Position numbers and translations under genes: made by a program. From Octopus vulgaris (Eukaryota): 64,000 nt of DNA. The notes beneath the pieces were generated by a model. It saw only the letters and a list, made by a program, of their open reading frames with translations. It made no database searches and was not told the DNA's origin. The stretch lies in NCBI GenBank assembly GCA_951406725.2, contig OX597831.1, forward strand, positions 23,250,001-23,314,000, given 5' to 3'. Of the stretch, positions 24,491 through 37,687 are shown piece after piece; position 1 is the first letter of the stretch, and each line of letters begins with the position of its first letter.

Positions 24491-26560
24491 ATAAATGAAA
24501 CACAAAATTAAACTAATTCTCTCATGTATTACTGGCAGAAATACAAAACAAAATTAAACTTTTTCTTTTGTTTCTTTTTTTATTGTATTTGTTTACTTTT
24601 TGGTGGTAATTAACCAAAAAATCTATTTTACCTTATTTCGTTAAGTGTCTGTAACAAAATTGGATTCTCTCCCGAAGCAATTGCTGTGAAGTTATTCTTC
24701 TCAATGTTGTGTTAGATTTTTATGTTAGCGCAACTTAGACAATAATTTTCGTGCAACTAAACACTGCAAATTAATAATAAAAAAAAAAAAATATTACATC
24801 AAGTTTCTTTAGTGCATTTTTACTGCTTTCTTACCCTAATAAAGAGAAAACATTAAAAAGAACAGTTTTGGGTTTTTGTTGTTTCGCAAAAATGTGTCCA
24901 TTAATTTGTTAAGTTTCCAAATTATTTCTTTATTTCAATATTCTTGTTTCCTTTGCTCATCTGAAAGTTTTAGAGATCTTTTCATGAGAAAAGTTCAGGA
25001 AAAAATTTTTTTAATATGAACTGCCTTTCGTACAATGAAATTAATGTAAAGACATTTATTGTTGCTAGTTTTACAATTAGTGACTTACTCAAATTGGAAC
25101 AGGTATATCTATCGTCCTTGATAATTTCAAAATCATTCGGCTTTTTGGTGGTTAAAAAGATTAACTCTAATCTAATAATCCATGGTTTATATGTCCTAAA
25201 GTATATGACTATAAGTTTTGAAAGGTAGGTATATTCAGTTTACTACACTTCAATAATAGTCTGGAACAAATTTTCTCAAATTAAGTAGTAGTAGTAGTAC
25301 TGGTAGTAATAGTTGTAGCAGCAGCAGTAGTAGCCGTTCAAGAATTTGGACCTGGAGATCTTCATTTTCCGCGACTTCGAGGGCCTCCTTCCAGTGGTGT
25401 TGGGCGTCAACGAAGAGCCCTCGACTACAACAAGATGACCAAAGTTTTTTTTTTTTTACCAAGGTATGGGGTCTCCCCTAAGCCCTAGACCATCACCTAA
25501 TTACCCTTACCCGTCATGTTGCTTAACAACAACAACAACAACAACAACAGCAGCAGCAGTAGCAACAGTAGCAGCAAGGTGGAGGTTTGTGCTGTAATGG
25601 AAAATCATATTGCTGCATCATCCAACACTTGTTGGTTTTCCACTACTCCTTTGCACCTTTGTACCATTCAGGTGACAACTCTCCGACCCTAGGGTCTGTT
25701 TGGATTGTAGTTACTGACGTGGGTCTTTTGGAGCTGGAGTGCAAATTCTGCCTCAACCTCTTTGATTCCTTTCACAAGATGCAGTGGAAACATTGGGTTT
25801 ATTCTTTGGCATGCTGGTCCTCACATAGTGCTAGAGCAAAGTAAATAAAGTGTTCTGCTCAAGAATACAGAATGCCACCCCCTCTGGGAATTGAAACCAT
25901 AACCTGGCCATTGTAAATGCAACATTCTAACCACTTGGCCACATTCCATCACAAAAGTTAGAAGAATAAAGAGATTGATTACAATAGAATTTGAATTCAC
26001 AATATAGAGGAAGGACACTGAACTCCAAAAGATATTTGGCCCATGGCTCTATCACTTCAGCAACCTGCACAAACTTAAGGACACCCGGAAGATTATACGC
26101 CAATGAGGGAATCTTTGCGGGCAACTTGATCAACTACAAATAGCAGTCAAATATCTAACGGTTTTTTTGTTTGTTTTTAAATGGCTTATAAACACCTTCC
26201 ATGCTGCAATTGTTTTTGTTTCAGCAGGAAGGACTATAAAAAAGAACAATAGTTGTTAATATTACAGAGTCAAGAAAGAAAATTCTTGCTGTGGTTAAAA
26301 TTATTGAAAAACAAAAAAACATGTACAGTGAAAAAGGAATTTTTTTTGAGAGGTTGAATAAGGTAACAATGTAGGGAGATATGGCTAAGGTAAATTGGTA
26401 AGAAAGATTTTTCGAAGAAATACACATTTCTATATTTTAATGTTAACAATGCTATTAATGTTTACTATGTTAGTTCTCAAAAAATTACAATATGAATTGA
26501 GAATCTAGTTATGGACAGAAGAGGGAGAAAACCATAGTGATATTCATAAAAAATTTTCTA

Positions 26561-26931
26561 GGTGCAGGAGTGGCTGTGTGGTAAGTAGCTTGCTTACTGG
26601 GTTCAGTCCCACTGCGTGGCACCTTAGGCAAGTGTCTTCTACTATAGCCTCAGGCCGACCAAAGCCTTGTGAGTGGATTTGGGAGACGGAAACTGAAAGA
26701 AACCCGTCGTATATATATGTGTGTATATGTTTGTGTGTCTGTGTTTGTCCCCCCAACATCGCTTGACAACCAATTCTGGTGTGTTTACGCCCCTGTAACT
26801 TAGCGGTTCGGCAAAAGAGTCCGATAGAATGAGTTCTAAGTTTACAAAGTATAAGTCCTGGGGTCAATCTGCTCGACAAAAGGCAGTGCTCCAGCATGGC
26901 CACAGTCAAATGACTAAAACAAGTAAAAGAG
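26561..26931 (+). mobile_element. SINE family A flanked by a 95-bp direct duplication
   Basis: 26466-26560 is repeated at 26932-27026. Confidence 0.9.
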
Positions 26932-27245
26932 TATGTTAGTTATTAAAAAATTACAATATGAATTGAGAAGCTAGTTATGGACGAAAGAGGTAGAAAACTA
27001 TAGTGATATTCATAAATAATTTTCTAACTTACATAAAATAGTGGTGAAAGTGGATGTAAGAAAAAGTGTTTCAATCATTATGAAGTGGTAGGTGTGAAAA
27101 AATAAGGATAATAAAGATACAAGTAGCAATTCATATATATAAATCTCCAATATAAGAGAAGAATATTATTTCAAAATATGTATATACATTTTGTATACTG
27201 ATGCATTTAAAAGGAACAGAAACTATGAAATAAGATAAAAGGATA

Positions 27246-27300
<55 letters not shown>

Positions 27301-27422
27301 TAATAATATCAGGGTAATAAAGATTATAGAAATTTTTACTACTAGTGGCCTGGCGTATAGAAAAATTAGTCAATAGACCATATATTATTCATATAAAATA
27401 CAGTGTACAATAGGCGTACACA

Positions 27423-27457
<35 letters not shown>

Positions 27458-27577
27458 ACTTAGTAAATAAATGGCACAACTAAGTACCGATATTTACTGG
27501 AAATAGCGAACGTAAAAATACGACGCTAATGTGTAGCTTCACCGCGTATGTATATATATATACTTTGTATTGCATTA

Positions 27578-27622
<45 letters not shown>

Positions 27623-27990
27623 GTGCACACACACACATTTGCATATGCAAATATATACACATATATGTACATCCATATACCTTTGTATAATATGATTAAT
27701 ATATGACATACGTATATGTATGGAGTTTATAAGTTTTATAAATAAAATATAGAATATAATATATAATCTATTAATTATATTAATCGGTGCAAATATAAAG
27801 TTGAAAAAAACGTTAGAAGTGGTAACAATAATTATTGTGATAGATAAATATGAATAATAGTAATGCTGATAAAGAGAAAAAAAGGTGGAAATACTATAAA
27901 TCAATTTATAGGCATAACCAAAAAGATAAATAAATTATAACTATGAGAGTCTGTGCATTGTGTGGAAGTGATTTTTGTGCACTTAGAATT

Positions 27991-28383
27991 GGGATGGATG
28001 GAAGCACTCTGTCGGTTACGACGACGAGGGTTCCGGTTGATCCGAATCAATGAAACAGCCTGCTCGTGAAATTAATGTGTAAGTGGCTGAGCACTCCACA
28101 GACACGTGCACCCTTAACGTAGTTCTCGGGGATATTCAGCATGACACAGAGAGTGACAAGGCTGGCCCCTTGAAATACAGGTACAACAGAAACAGGAAGT
28201 AAGAGTGAGAGAAAGTTGTGGTGAAAGAGTACAGCAGGGATCACCACCATCCCCTGCTGAAGCCTCATGGAGCTTTTTAGGTGTTTTCGCTCAATAAACA
28301 CTCACAACGCCCGGTCTGGGAATCGAAACCGCGATCCTATGACCGCGAGTCTGCTGCCCTAACCACTGGGCCATTGCGCCTCC
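27991..28383 (-). mobile_element. tRNA-derived SINE, family C, full length
   Basis: Head GGAGGCGCAATGGCCCAGTGG...GGTTTCGATTCC; TSD GCACTTAGAATT; homologous to 32574-32958. Confidence 0.9.
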
Positions 28384-28722
28384 GCACTTAGAATTATTGT
28401 AAGTATAATAGTATATCTTCTGAAAGATTTTGGTAAGATATATGTAGATTTATAAGAAATAGAAAATAATCTTAAAAAATTTAAGAAATAAAAATTGAGA
28501 TAGTTAAGAGAGGAAATTCTTAAAAAAAATATATATATACGTATTATACAAATGGAATAGGTTACGAATAAGGAAGAAGAAAAGAGGGGATTAAAGATAA
28601 TAAAAAAGAGATATATAAGGGCAAAATTGTCACTGAAAAAGTATTAAAAATTGTTTGCCTATATCAATAGTAAAAAGTATCATAAATATTGGCAATAGTT
28701 AATTATGATGACGATGATGATG

Positions 28723-28769
<47 letters not shown>

Positions 28770-28840
28770 AATATTTAGAATAGGTGAGAGAGATGTAGCT
28801 AAGTACATATTGTGAAAAAACAGATTACATACAAATAATG

Positions 28841-28879
<39 letters not shown>

Positions 28880-29161
28880 ATTAAGTAATGGTTCAAAAAT
28901 TGTCTAAAAATACATATTGAGAAAGAGGGGAAGGTATATGAATATTTGGTATAGGTTTTATATTAATAAAATGAGGTTTGTACAATATATGGGGAAATGG
29001 TAGAAAAACATATGAATATCCAAGTTGTGTAAGATAGAGAGTATTATAGAGCAAAAATCATATATAGGTAGCAATAAGGTAGAGAGAGATATTATACAAA
29101 AAAACTAAATTATAAGGAGAAGGAATAGGATGAAAGTAGTTAAGGTAGGGGGGGGGGGAGA

Positions 29162-30507
29162 TTATTTGAGATTAATAAAAAGGAGTTTTGACGTATGTCT
29201 GCAAGAAAAATCTTTTACATCTCTCGAATTTATGAGAAAGCCATTCATTTTCATTATTTTGTGACTTTCTCCTAGGCATAATTTGCAGATCTTATTATTA
29301 TATCAATAAGATAAAACTGAAGAAAGTATTTTCCGAGAAATTGAGTAATCTATATTGCTTCTTTTCAGTTGCCAAACCTTTTTGGATAAAGCTGTGTTTT
29401 TTTCTCTTCTGGGCTCATTAAAGGATGATCTATGATTATTTAATCTTAATTTGAAAGAATTTTGTGTACATCTGATGTAAGTAAATTTAGAGAGATTATG
29501 GGTAATAATTGTTTCTTGGTAAACTACATCTTTCATTTTACAGTTACCTTCTACCTCACAAGCATTCAGGTTTCTACAATTACAATTAGAATTATCAGTT
29601 GATACTCTATTGTTATGTCTATATGTATTAGGGGTAGTGAAGACGCATGGCTCAGTGGTTAGAGCATCGAGCATATGATCATGAGATTGTGAGCTCGAAT
29701 CCCAGACCGGGCTGCATGTTCTGTTCTTGAGCAAGGCACTTTATTTCACGTTGCTCCAGTTCACTCAGCGGTAGAAATGAGTTGCGATGTCACAGGTGCC
29801 AAGCTGTTTTGGCCTTTGCCTTTTCTTTGGATAACACTGGTGGTGTGGAGTGGGGGGGGGGCTGTATGCATGGGCGACTGCTGGTCTTCCATAAACAACC
29901 TTGCCCAGACTTGTGCCTGGAAGGGTAACTTTCTAGGTGCAACCCCATGGTCATTCATGACCAGAGGGTGTCTCAGCAATCAGGGGTAATTGAGCTTTAG
30001 TTATTCTGATAATTGTTGTTATTAGATATGGAATTATTGGGGTTAGTATGTGTATTAGAAAGAGGTTTTTTTTTTTATAGAATTGGTATAGTTTCCTATT
30101 GTTAAACAGAAATATGATCCTAAATAGGTTTGGATATACTGAAAATCTAAATCTGATCATTTTGTTATTAAATATTTTTGCATATTTAAAGTTTTTAAAG
30201 ATTTTTTAATAATGTTTTTAATGGATTTAATAAAATTAGATTTTAGACATTTTGCGAAAGGAATTATGATCCAAATGACGTTATTGTTGCTTTCTTTATT
30301 ATCATAGTGGTTTATATTTTGTGGATTATCATTTCTTACATCTGGTATAGGTTTCTTTTTTTTTTCTATATTATTCCTAACTTTATTAATATGATTTATG
30401 CAGTTAAGTGAATCATTAAAAGGATGAGATGTAGTGTGATAAGCTGGATTTTTAAAGTGCGTACGTTTCATGCTCTTATTTCTATCTATAGTTTTTGTTT
30501 TCGGCAT
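29162..30507 (-). pseudogene. PLE linker plus GIY-YIG endonuclease, disrupted by a stop, a frameshift and a SINE
   Basis: VIWIIIPF..LKSNF...IRFRFSVYPNL..II..NRK linker, then CNC....CEVEGNC...VVYQ......FTYIRCT..SFKLRLNNH.SSF......TALSKKVWQLK....SY*YNNKICKLCLGE....LINSR....SCRH. Confidence 0.85.
29637..29972 (+). mobile_element. SINE family B inserted in the endonuclease ORF
   Basis: Homologous to 9932-10270; AGGGGTA occurs on both sides. Confidence 0.9.
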
Positions 30508-30888
30508 TTATTGTTCATATAATTGGGTTTAATTACATTATTAACATAACTAGATTCATATTCATATTGTAATTTTTTAATAACTAACATAGTCAACATT
30601 AAAATATAGAAACGTGTATTTCTTCAAAAAATCTTTCTTATGAATTTACCTTTGCCTTATCTCCCCTACATTCTTACCTTATTCAACTTTTCCCCCAAAA
30701 AAACTCTTTTATCACCATACGTGTTTTTTTCCCCCGATAATTTTAACCATCGTAATTTTTTTCTCGATTCTATAATATTACTATTCTTCTTCTTTTAGTC
30801 CTTCCTCTTAGGCTTATTTCACACAAACGAATATAACAAATATAATGCTTTTTAACTAATTAGAAATCTCTTTCCCCCATTATATTAA

Positions 30889-31886
30889 GGGATTGAGTCG
30901 AATACACTGACCTCAGTGCATAACTGGTACTTAATTTATCGACCCCGAAAGGATGAAAGGCAAAGTCGACCTCGGTGGAATTTGAACTCAGAACGTAACG
31001 GCAGATGAAATACCTATTTCTTTACTACCCACAAGGAGCTAAACACAGAGAGGGCAAACAAGGACAGACAAACGGATTAAGTCGATTATATTGACCCCAG
31101 TACGTAACTAGTACTTATCTAATCGACCCTGAAAGGATGAAAGGCAAAGATGACCTCAGCAGAATTTGAACTCAGAACGTAGCAGCAGATGGAATACTGC
31201 TAAGCATTTCACCCGGTGTGCTAACGTTTCTTATTTCTTTATTGCCCACAAGGGGCTAAACACAGAGAGGACAAACAAGGACAGACAGACATATTAAGTT
31301 GATTATATAAACCTCAGTGCGTAACTGGTACTTTATTTAATCGATCCCGAAAGGATTGAAGGCAAAGTTGACCTTGGCGGAATTTGAACTCAGAACCTAG
31401 TGGCAGATGGAATACTGCTAAGCATTTCTCCCGGTGTGCTAACGTTTCTTATTTCTTTATTGCCCACAAGGAGCTAAACACCAGAGAGGACAAACAAGGT
31501 AAGTTGATTATATCGACCTCAGTGCATAACTGGTACTTTATTTATCGATCCTGAAATGATGGAAGGCAAAGTCGACCTCGGCGGAATTTGAATTCAGAAC
31601 GTAGTGGCAGATGAAATACCGCTAAGCATTTCACCCAGTGTGCTAACGTTTCTTACTTCTTTATTGCCCACAAGGGGCTAAACACAGAGAGGACAAACAA
31701 GGACAAACAGATTAAGTTGATTATATCGACCCCAGTGCGTAACTGGTACTTATTTAATCGATCCCGAAAGGATGGAAGGCAAAGTCGACCTTGGCGGAAT
31801 TTGAACTCAGAACGTAGCGGCAGATGAAATACCACTAAGCATTTCACCCGGTGTGTGCTAACGTTTCTGTCAGTTCACCACCTTTC
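30889..31886 (-). repeat. Head-to-tail array of five SINE family E copies (~205-235 bp units)
   Basis: Units start at about 30889, 31015, 31231, 31449 and 31653; each has GAGTTCAAATTC and a GCCTTTCATCCTTTCGGGGTCGAT-like block on the minus strand. Confidence 0.9.
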
Positions 31887-32573
31887 ATAAGAAGCCTTTG
31901 CAAGCTTCTTATAACACAGTCATACCGACAGCTTATGTCGAGAACAATTGTTATAATAATGGAGTCAAACATTTCTTCCATTTAATTAAGGAACAGGAAA
32001 GTAGAAATACACATCAGATGTAATTCCACTTGTGTTATATAGCATTCTACATGTTTAGTGGATGGTGGTAGCGTTGGTATTCCAATTATTAATTACATGT
32101 TAATTAGAATTAAATAATTACTAGTTTCAAAAATTGTCCTTGTTTCACTGTGACATTGCCAGGTAACTCGAATTTTCTGGTTCCACAATGAAAGCGTATG
32201 TAAGGTATGTATGTGTGTGTATATGTGTGGATGTCTGTGTGTGTAAGTGTGTGTGTGTTTGCGAGTAAGTATGAGTGTGTGTGAGCATGTATATGTGTGA
32301 GTGCGTGTGAGTATATGTGTATGTATGCATGCATGAGTGTGTGTGTCAGTGAATGTGTGGCTGGGTGTGTGTGAGTCTATGTATGTGTGTGAGCATATAT
32401 GTATGTGTGTAAGTATGTGTGTGTGTGTCTGTGAATATGTATGTGTGACTGCACATATGTATGTAAGTATGTGTGTGTGTCTGTGAATATGTATGTCTGA
32501 GTATAGATGTGTGTGTATTTGTATGCATGTCTAAATTTTGCTTGTTTGATATCAGTTGAGTTACTTGCTTACT

Positions 32574-32958
32574 GTGGAGGTGCAATGGCCCAGTGGTTTG
32601 GGCAGCGGACTCGTGGTCATAGGATCGTGGTTTCGATTCCCAGACCGGGCGTTGTGAGTGTTTATTGAGCGAAAACACCTAAAGCTCCACGAGGCTCCGG
32701 CAGGGGGTGGTGGTGATCCCTGCTGTACTCTTTCACCACAACTTTCTCTCACTCTTACTTCCTGTTTCTGTTGTACCTGTATTTCAAGGGGCCGGCCTTG
32801 TCACTATCTGTGTCACGCTGAATATCCCCGAGAACTACGTTAAGGGTACACATGTCTGTGGAGTGCTCAGCCACTTTCACGTTAATTTCACGAGCAGGCT
32901 GTTCCGTTGATTCGGATCAACTGGAACCCTCGTCGTCGTAACCGACGGAGTGCTTCCA
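32574..32958 (+). mobile_element. SINE family C, full length
   Basis: TSD ACTTGCTTACTG; A and B boxes present. Confidence 0.9.
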
Positions 32959-33089
32959 CTTGCTTACTGAATTAGTCTGTAAGTGGCTGAGTATTCCATT
33001 GACACTTGCACTCTTGATGTAATCCTTCAGTGCTTGACAAAACTGAATTATAGCTAGAGTCCATGCAACAGGCTTCCACACAGTTTCTG

Positions 33090-34700
33090 TCACACTTACA
33101 CACATACACAGACACACACACACACACTCATTCATACTCACTCACACACATGCTTACACCGATTTGCACTTGCTCATACTCTCACACAATCACTGACACA
33201 CACTCAGTGACACACACATTCGCACACTCACACACACACACGCACACATACTAATTCACACATTCTCACACATCCCGTCCTCACACACAAATACTCATTC
33301 ACATACTCACTCACAATCACTCACATATACACACTTACACACACTCCATACTCACCACTTACACACATACCCTCCACACACAAACACACACATACCCCAC
33401 ACACACAAACACATCTTAGTCATAATTCAACTGTGGTATATCAACATTCTGGTTTCTCGGCAGTGTCTTGGCAGAATAAAGATAATCTTTGAAACAAGTA
33501 ATTATCTAATTGTAATTAACATGTAATTAAAATAATGCTTGGATTGATCCAGGATTGTGAGATAATTGCTTGAGATACCCTACAGTGAAACCAAACCGAG
33601 TATCTTTACATTGGGAATCCAGATTCTTAACCACTTGACCATGTTTCGCATCCACTGGTGCATAAATGGTCACATACATGTAGACATGCACATACACACA
33701 CATGTGTAGACGTACATGTACACACACATGGAGATATACACACATAGACATACACACATACACATCCAGATGTACACATACACATCCAGATGTACACATA
33801 TATACACGTGCACATATGCACATGCACAAATGCACATGCACACATGTGGACGTGCACGTACACACATGTAGATGTACACATACACACATGTAGACACACA
33901 TACATATGTAGACATATACGTACACACACATGGAGATATACACATACACACATACACATCCAGATGTACACTTATTTACACATGCACAAATGCACATGCA
34001 CACATGTGGACATACACGTACACACACATGTAGATGTAAACATACACACATGTAGACGTATGCATATACACACACACGTAGATGTACACATACACACAGT
34101 GTAACCCGATCACATAGACGTACACACACTTGTAGGTGTACACACACATGTACATACACATGTGCATACTACACATACACTAGCCTATGCCCACACATAT
34201 GCACACACACATACCCATGCACACATATACACAAGCTTGCATGTGCGCACATGCATGTGCATACACTCACAAGCACATACTCTCACTCACATATGCACAC
34301 ATACACATATACACAAATTTGCATAACATACACACATGCACATACACTCACATACACACGTGCACACATACACTGACTCACTCACACACATGTACATGCA
34401 TACGTAGGTCTGCATGTCCCCACACATATGCATATGTCCATATGAACTCACACACACAAGCCTGCATGCGCATACTCAAACACTCGTGTACATATTTTAC
34501 ACTTACACACCACACACACACACACACACAAATGTATACACATATGCCAGCCTGCACACACACACACACACACACACATATATACACATACACCAGCCAG
34601 CATGAACACACATGCATACGCACACATATACACGCACAGACACAGCTACAGATGCACGTTGACATGCACACACACACACACACATACACACACGCACACA
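33090..34700. repeat. (CA)-rich cryptic repeat/minisatellite
   Basis: Recurring CATGTAGATGTACACATACACAC and CATGCACAAATGCACATGCACACATGTGGAC units at 33680-34160. Confidence 0.85.
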
Positions 34701-35730
34701 TCTCAGATGCTTCACTTTTCATTTTAATAAACAATTTTATTAATAAAATTATTAAAAACCAAAAATAAAAAAATAAAAAAATAAAAAAAATAAAAACCAA
34801 TCTGAATTCTTTGTTTGACAAACAAAATTTCATACAACATAATTTAATTATATTTTGTATTTAATAAATGATATCGGAATGAATTCCATGCCATTATTGA
34901 CGCCAGTAATTGATAAGTTCTTTGTCTCTTGCAAAGACATACAGGTCTTAAGACAATTGAGTCTTGAAGGAATTGTCCGACTTACATGACATAACAACAA
35001 ATTCTTCCTCAAATCATACCGTACGCTCCAAAACAAACAAACAAACAAATAAATGAATAAATAATAAATAAATAAATAAAAGATGGATAGGAGTGACTGT
35101 GTGATAAGTAGCTTGCTTATCAACCACATGGTTCTGAGTTCAGCGCACTTCTTCGTCTGCCGAAAAAGGCATTATTTTCCAAATACGCCAGCTAAGCTAA
35201 GTTGAACTGTCTAAAGTCGAAAGACACCTGTTGTTTTTGTCCTGTTATTATTATTATTTTTTTTGTATTTATATTCGTGTGGCAACGTCCGTTTTTCTGT
35301 CCTTGTTTCGTATACATTCGATCCTTTTTCCAAGAAATCTAATGCTCGTAGCTTAGTTTTTTCTTGGGGCTAGCCAGATCGGAGCGATCTCAAGATTAAT
35401 CAGCCAAAATTGCGAGGATGATCCGGTTCTTGACTGAAGATTAGAGGCTTCGAATGACCCATCCGTTTTTTTTGTGTCGTCTATTTGAATGTTTTACGTT
35501 CTTGTCCCATTTTGTATTTTTATATATATTTTATAAATATATATATATATATATACAAAATTAGAGAATGGAGAAACATACTTAAATCAGTAAAACATCA
35601 ACTATCCGATGATACTCAATTGGTTGACAATTTTTAACATCTATGTATTAATTTTGTTGGGTACCTATCTAGCAGTATATTGGATATATATTATCCCATG
35701 GTGGGTTGAATTTTCAACCCCTATCTCATT

Positions 35731-35769
<39 letters not shown>

Positions 35770-36339
35770 CACCCACTACACTCGCGGAGTGGTTGGCGTT
35801 AGGAAGGGCATCCAGCCATAGAAACACTGCCAGATCAGACTGGGCCTGATGCAGCCTTCTGGCTTCACAGACCCCCAGTTGAACCGTCCAACCCATGCTA
35901 GCATGGAAAACGGACGCTAAATGAAAATGATGAATGATGATGATGATATATATATGGGTGTGTGTGTCTGTGTTTGTTCATCCTTCTTGCTTGACAACTG
36001 ATGTTGTTGTGTTTGCATCCCTTGTAACTTAGCGGTTCGGCAAGAGAGATTGAGATAATAAGTACTAGGCTTACAAAGAATACGTCTTGAGGTCAATTTA
36101 TTTGACTAAAGGCGGTGCTCCAGCATGGCCACAGTATAATGAGTGAAGCAAGTAAAAGAATAAAATAATAAAAGAATTCGTAATCCGGTCCATGATTGGT
36201 GCTTGTTTTATGAAACCTTTGCAAGATGAAAGATAAATTTAGTCCTGGAAGGGATTGAACTCTTTTTGAAAGGAATCACAATGCGAAAATTCTACAAATC
36301 ATATTTGGAGCCAGTTCGAACGATCATAATGCAGCAAGA

Positions 36340-36925
36340 TTGGTGATACTGGGGGTAGAGGTGGGGGATGATGACAATGAAATTGTGCCAGTGGCAGTGA
36401 TGGCGATGATGCTGATGCTAACAATATTGGAAGCGCTGGTAGTGGTGATGATGATGGTGGTGGTGGTGGTGATGGTGGTGATGGTTGTGATGATAATGAT
36501 GGTGTTGCTACTAGTGGAAAAGATACTGATGACACTGCTGCTGCTGCTGCTGATGATGATAATAATGGTGCTGTTGATGATGATGATGACTGTGTTGAGA
36601 CTGGTCATGGAGGTGGCTGTGATGAAGAGAATGATGATGATGATGATGTCGATGGTGATAACAATGATGGTGATGATGATTATGATGACGATGAGGAGGA
36701 TGGTGATGGTGGTGGAATTGTTGCAAAAGATACTGATATAGTAAATTGTAATGATGATGATGATGATGATGCTGTTGCTGCTGCTGTCAGTGATGATGAT
36801 TGTGTTGAGAATGGTCATGGAGATGGGTGTGATGAAGACAAAGATGATGAGGATGACAATGTTGGCGATGACAACGATGATCATGATGATGATGATGATG
36901 ATGACGACGATGATGATGGTGATGT
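36340..36925. repeat. Compound (GAT/GGT/GCT)n tract with an internal ~220-bp duplication
   Basis: AAAAGATACTGAT...TGTGTTGAGA.TGGTCATGGAG..GTGATGAAGA occurs twice. Confidence 0.85.
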
Positions 36926-37438
36926 TGATAGCTGCAAGGTAGATTGTAAAGAGGAGAATATATGATGATGGAGAGAACATGGTAAGGACCAATAGGAACA
37001 TGTGTTTGTGTGTGTGTGTGTGTGGAGAAGTCTTGCAGAACTTTTAGAAATCTGTCGAAACATTTTTGTGCAAAAGCAATTTTCCTAATTTTTTTTTTTT
37101 CCTCTCTTCAATACAAAAAAATGATTGTCTTTTTTCCATATGAACAAGTTTTAACAAATTACTGTTTTTTGTAATTTGTTTTTGAAATGACCCTTAAACA
37201 GTGACCCTTGTGGCAAAAGAAATTATTGCTAATATTATCTACATTTGTTTTATGAAATAATAATAGACATACATTATTAATATTAGTATTGGTATTATTG
37301 TTACTGTTATCATCATCATCATCATCATCATCTCTTTTATTATAGTTTTTCAATTTTCTCATATGTATTTATGCTGCTTGTCAGCCATAACTCCCAACTA
37401 TTTCTCTGGTTATCCACTTTCTCTCTCTCTCTCTCCCA

Positions 37439-37488
<50 letters not shown>

Positions 37489-37520
37489 TAGATAGGTAGA
37501 TAGATAGATATAGATATATG

Positions 37521-37570
<50 letters not shown>

Positions 37571-37626
37571 TAGATGTATGTATATATATATACATTTAGA
37601 TATAGATGTATGTATATATATATATA

Positions 37627-37686
<60 letters not shown>

Positions 37687-37687
<1 letters not shown>

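Larger units (their letters stand above)
26226..30806 (-). mobile_element. Penelope-like element derivative: GIY-YIG-encoding region between ~290-bp inverted repeats, with three SINE insertions
   Basis: 26226-26513 is a diverged reverse complement of 30545-30806; endonuclease remnant lies inside. Confidence 0.6.

Noticed and set aside
35150-35225. CTGCCGA followed by a GGC/GCC hairpin
   Set aside because: The core is mutated and no GAAA follows the stem; too degenerate to call.
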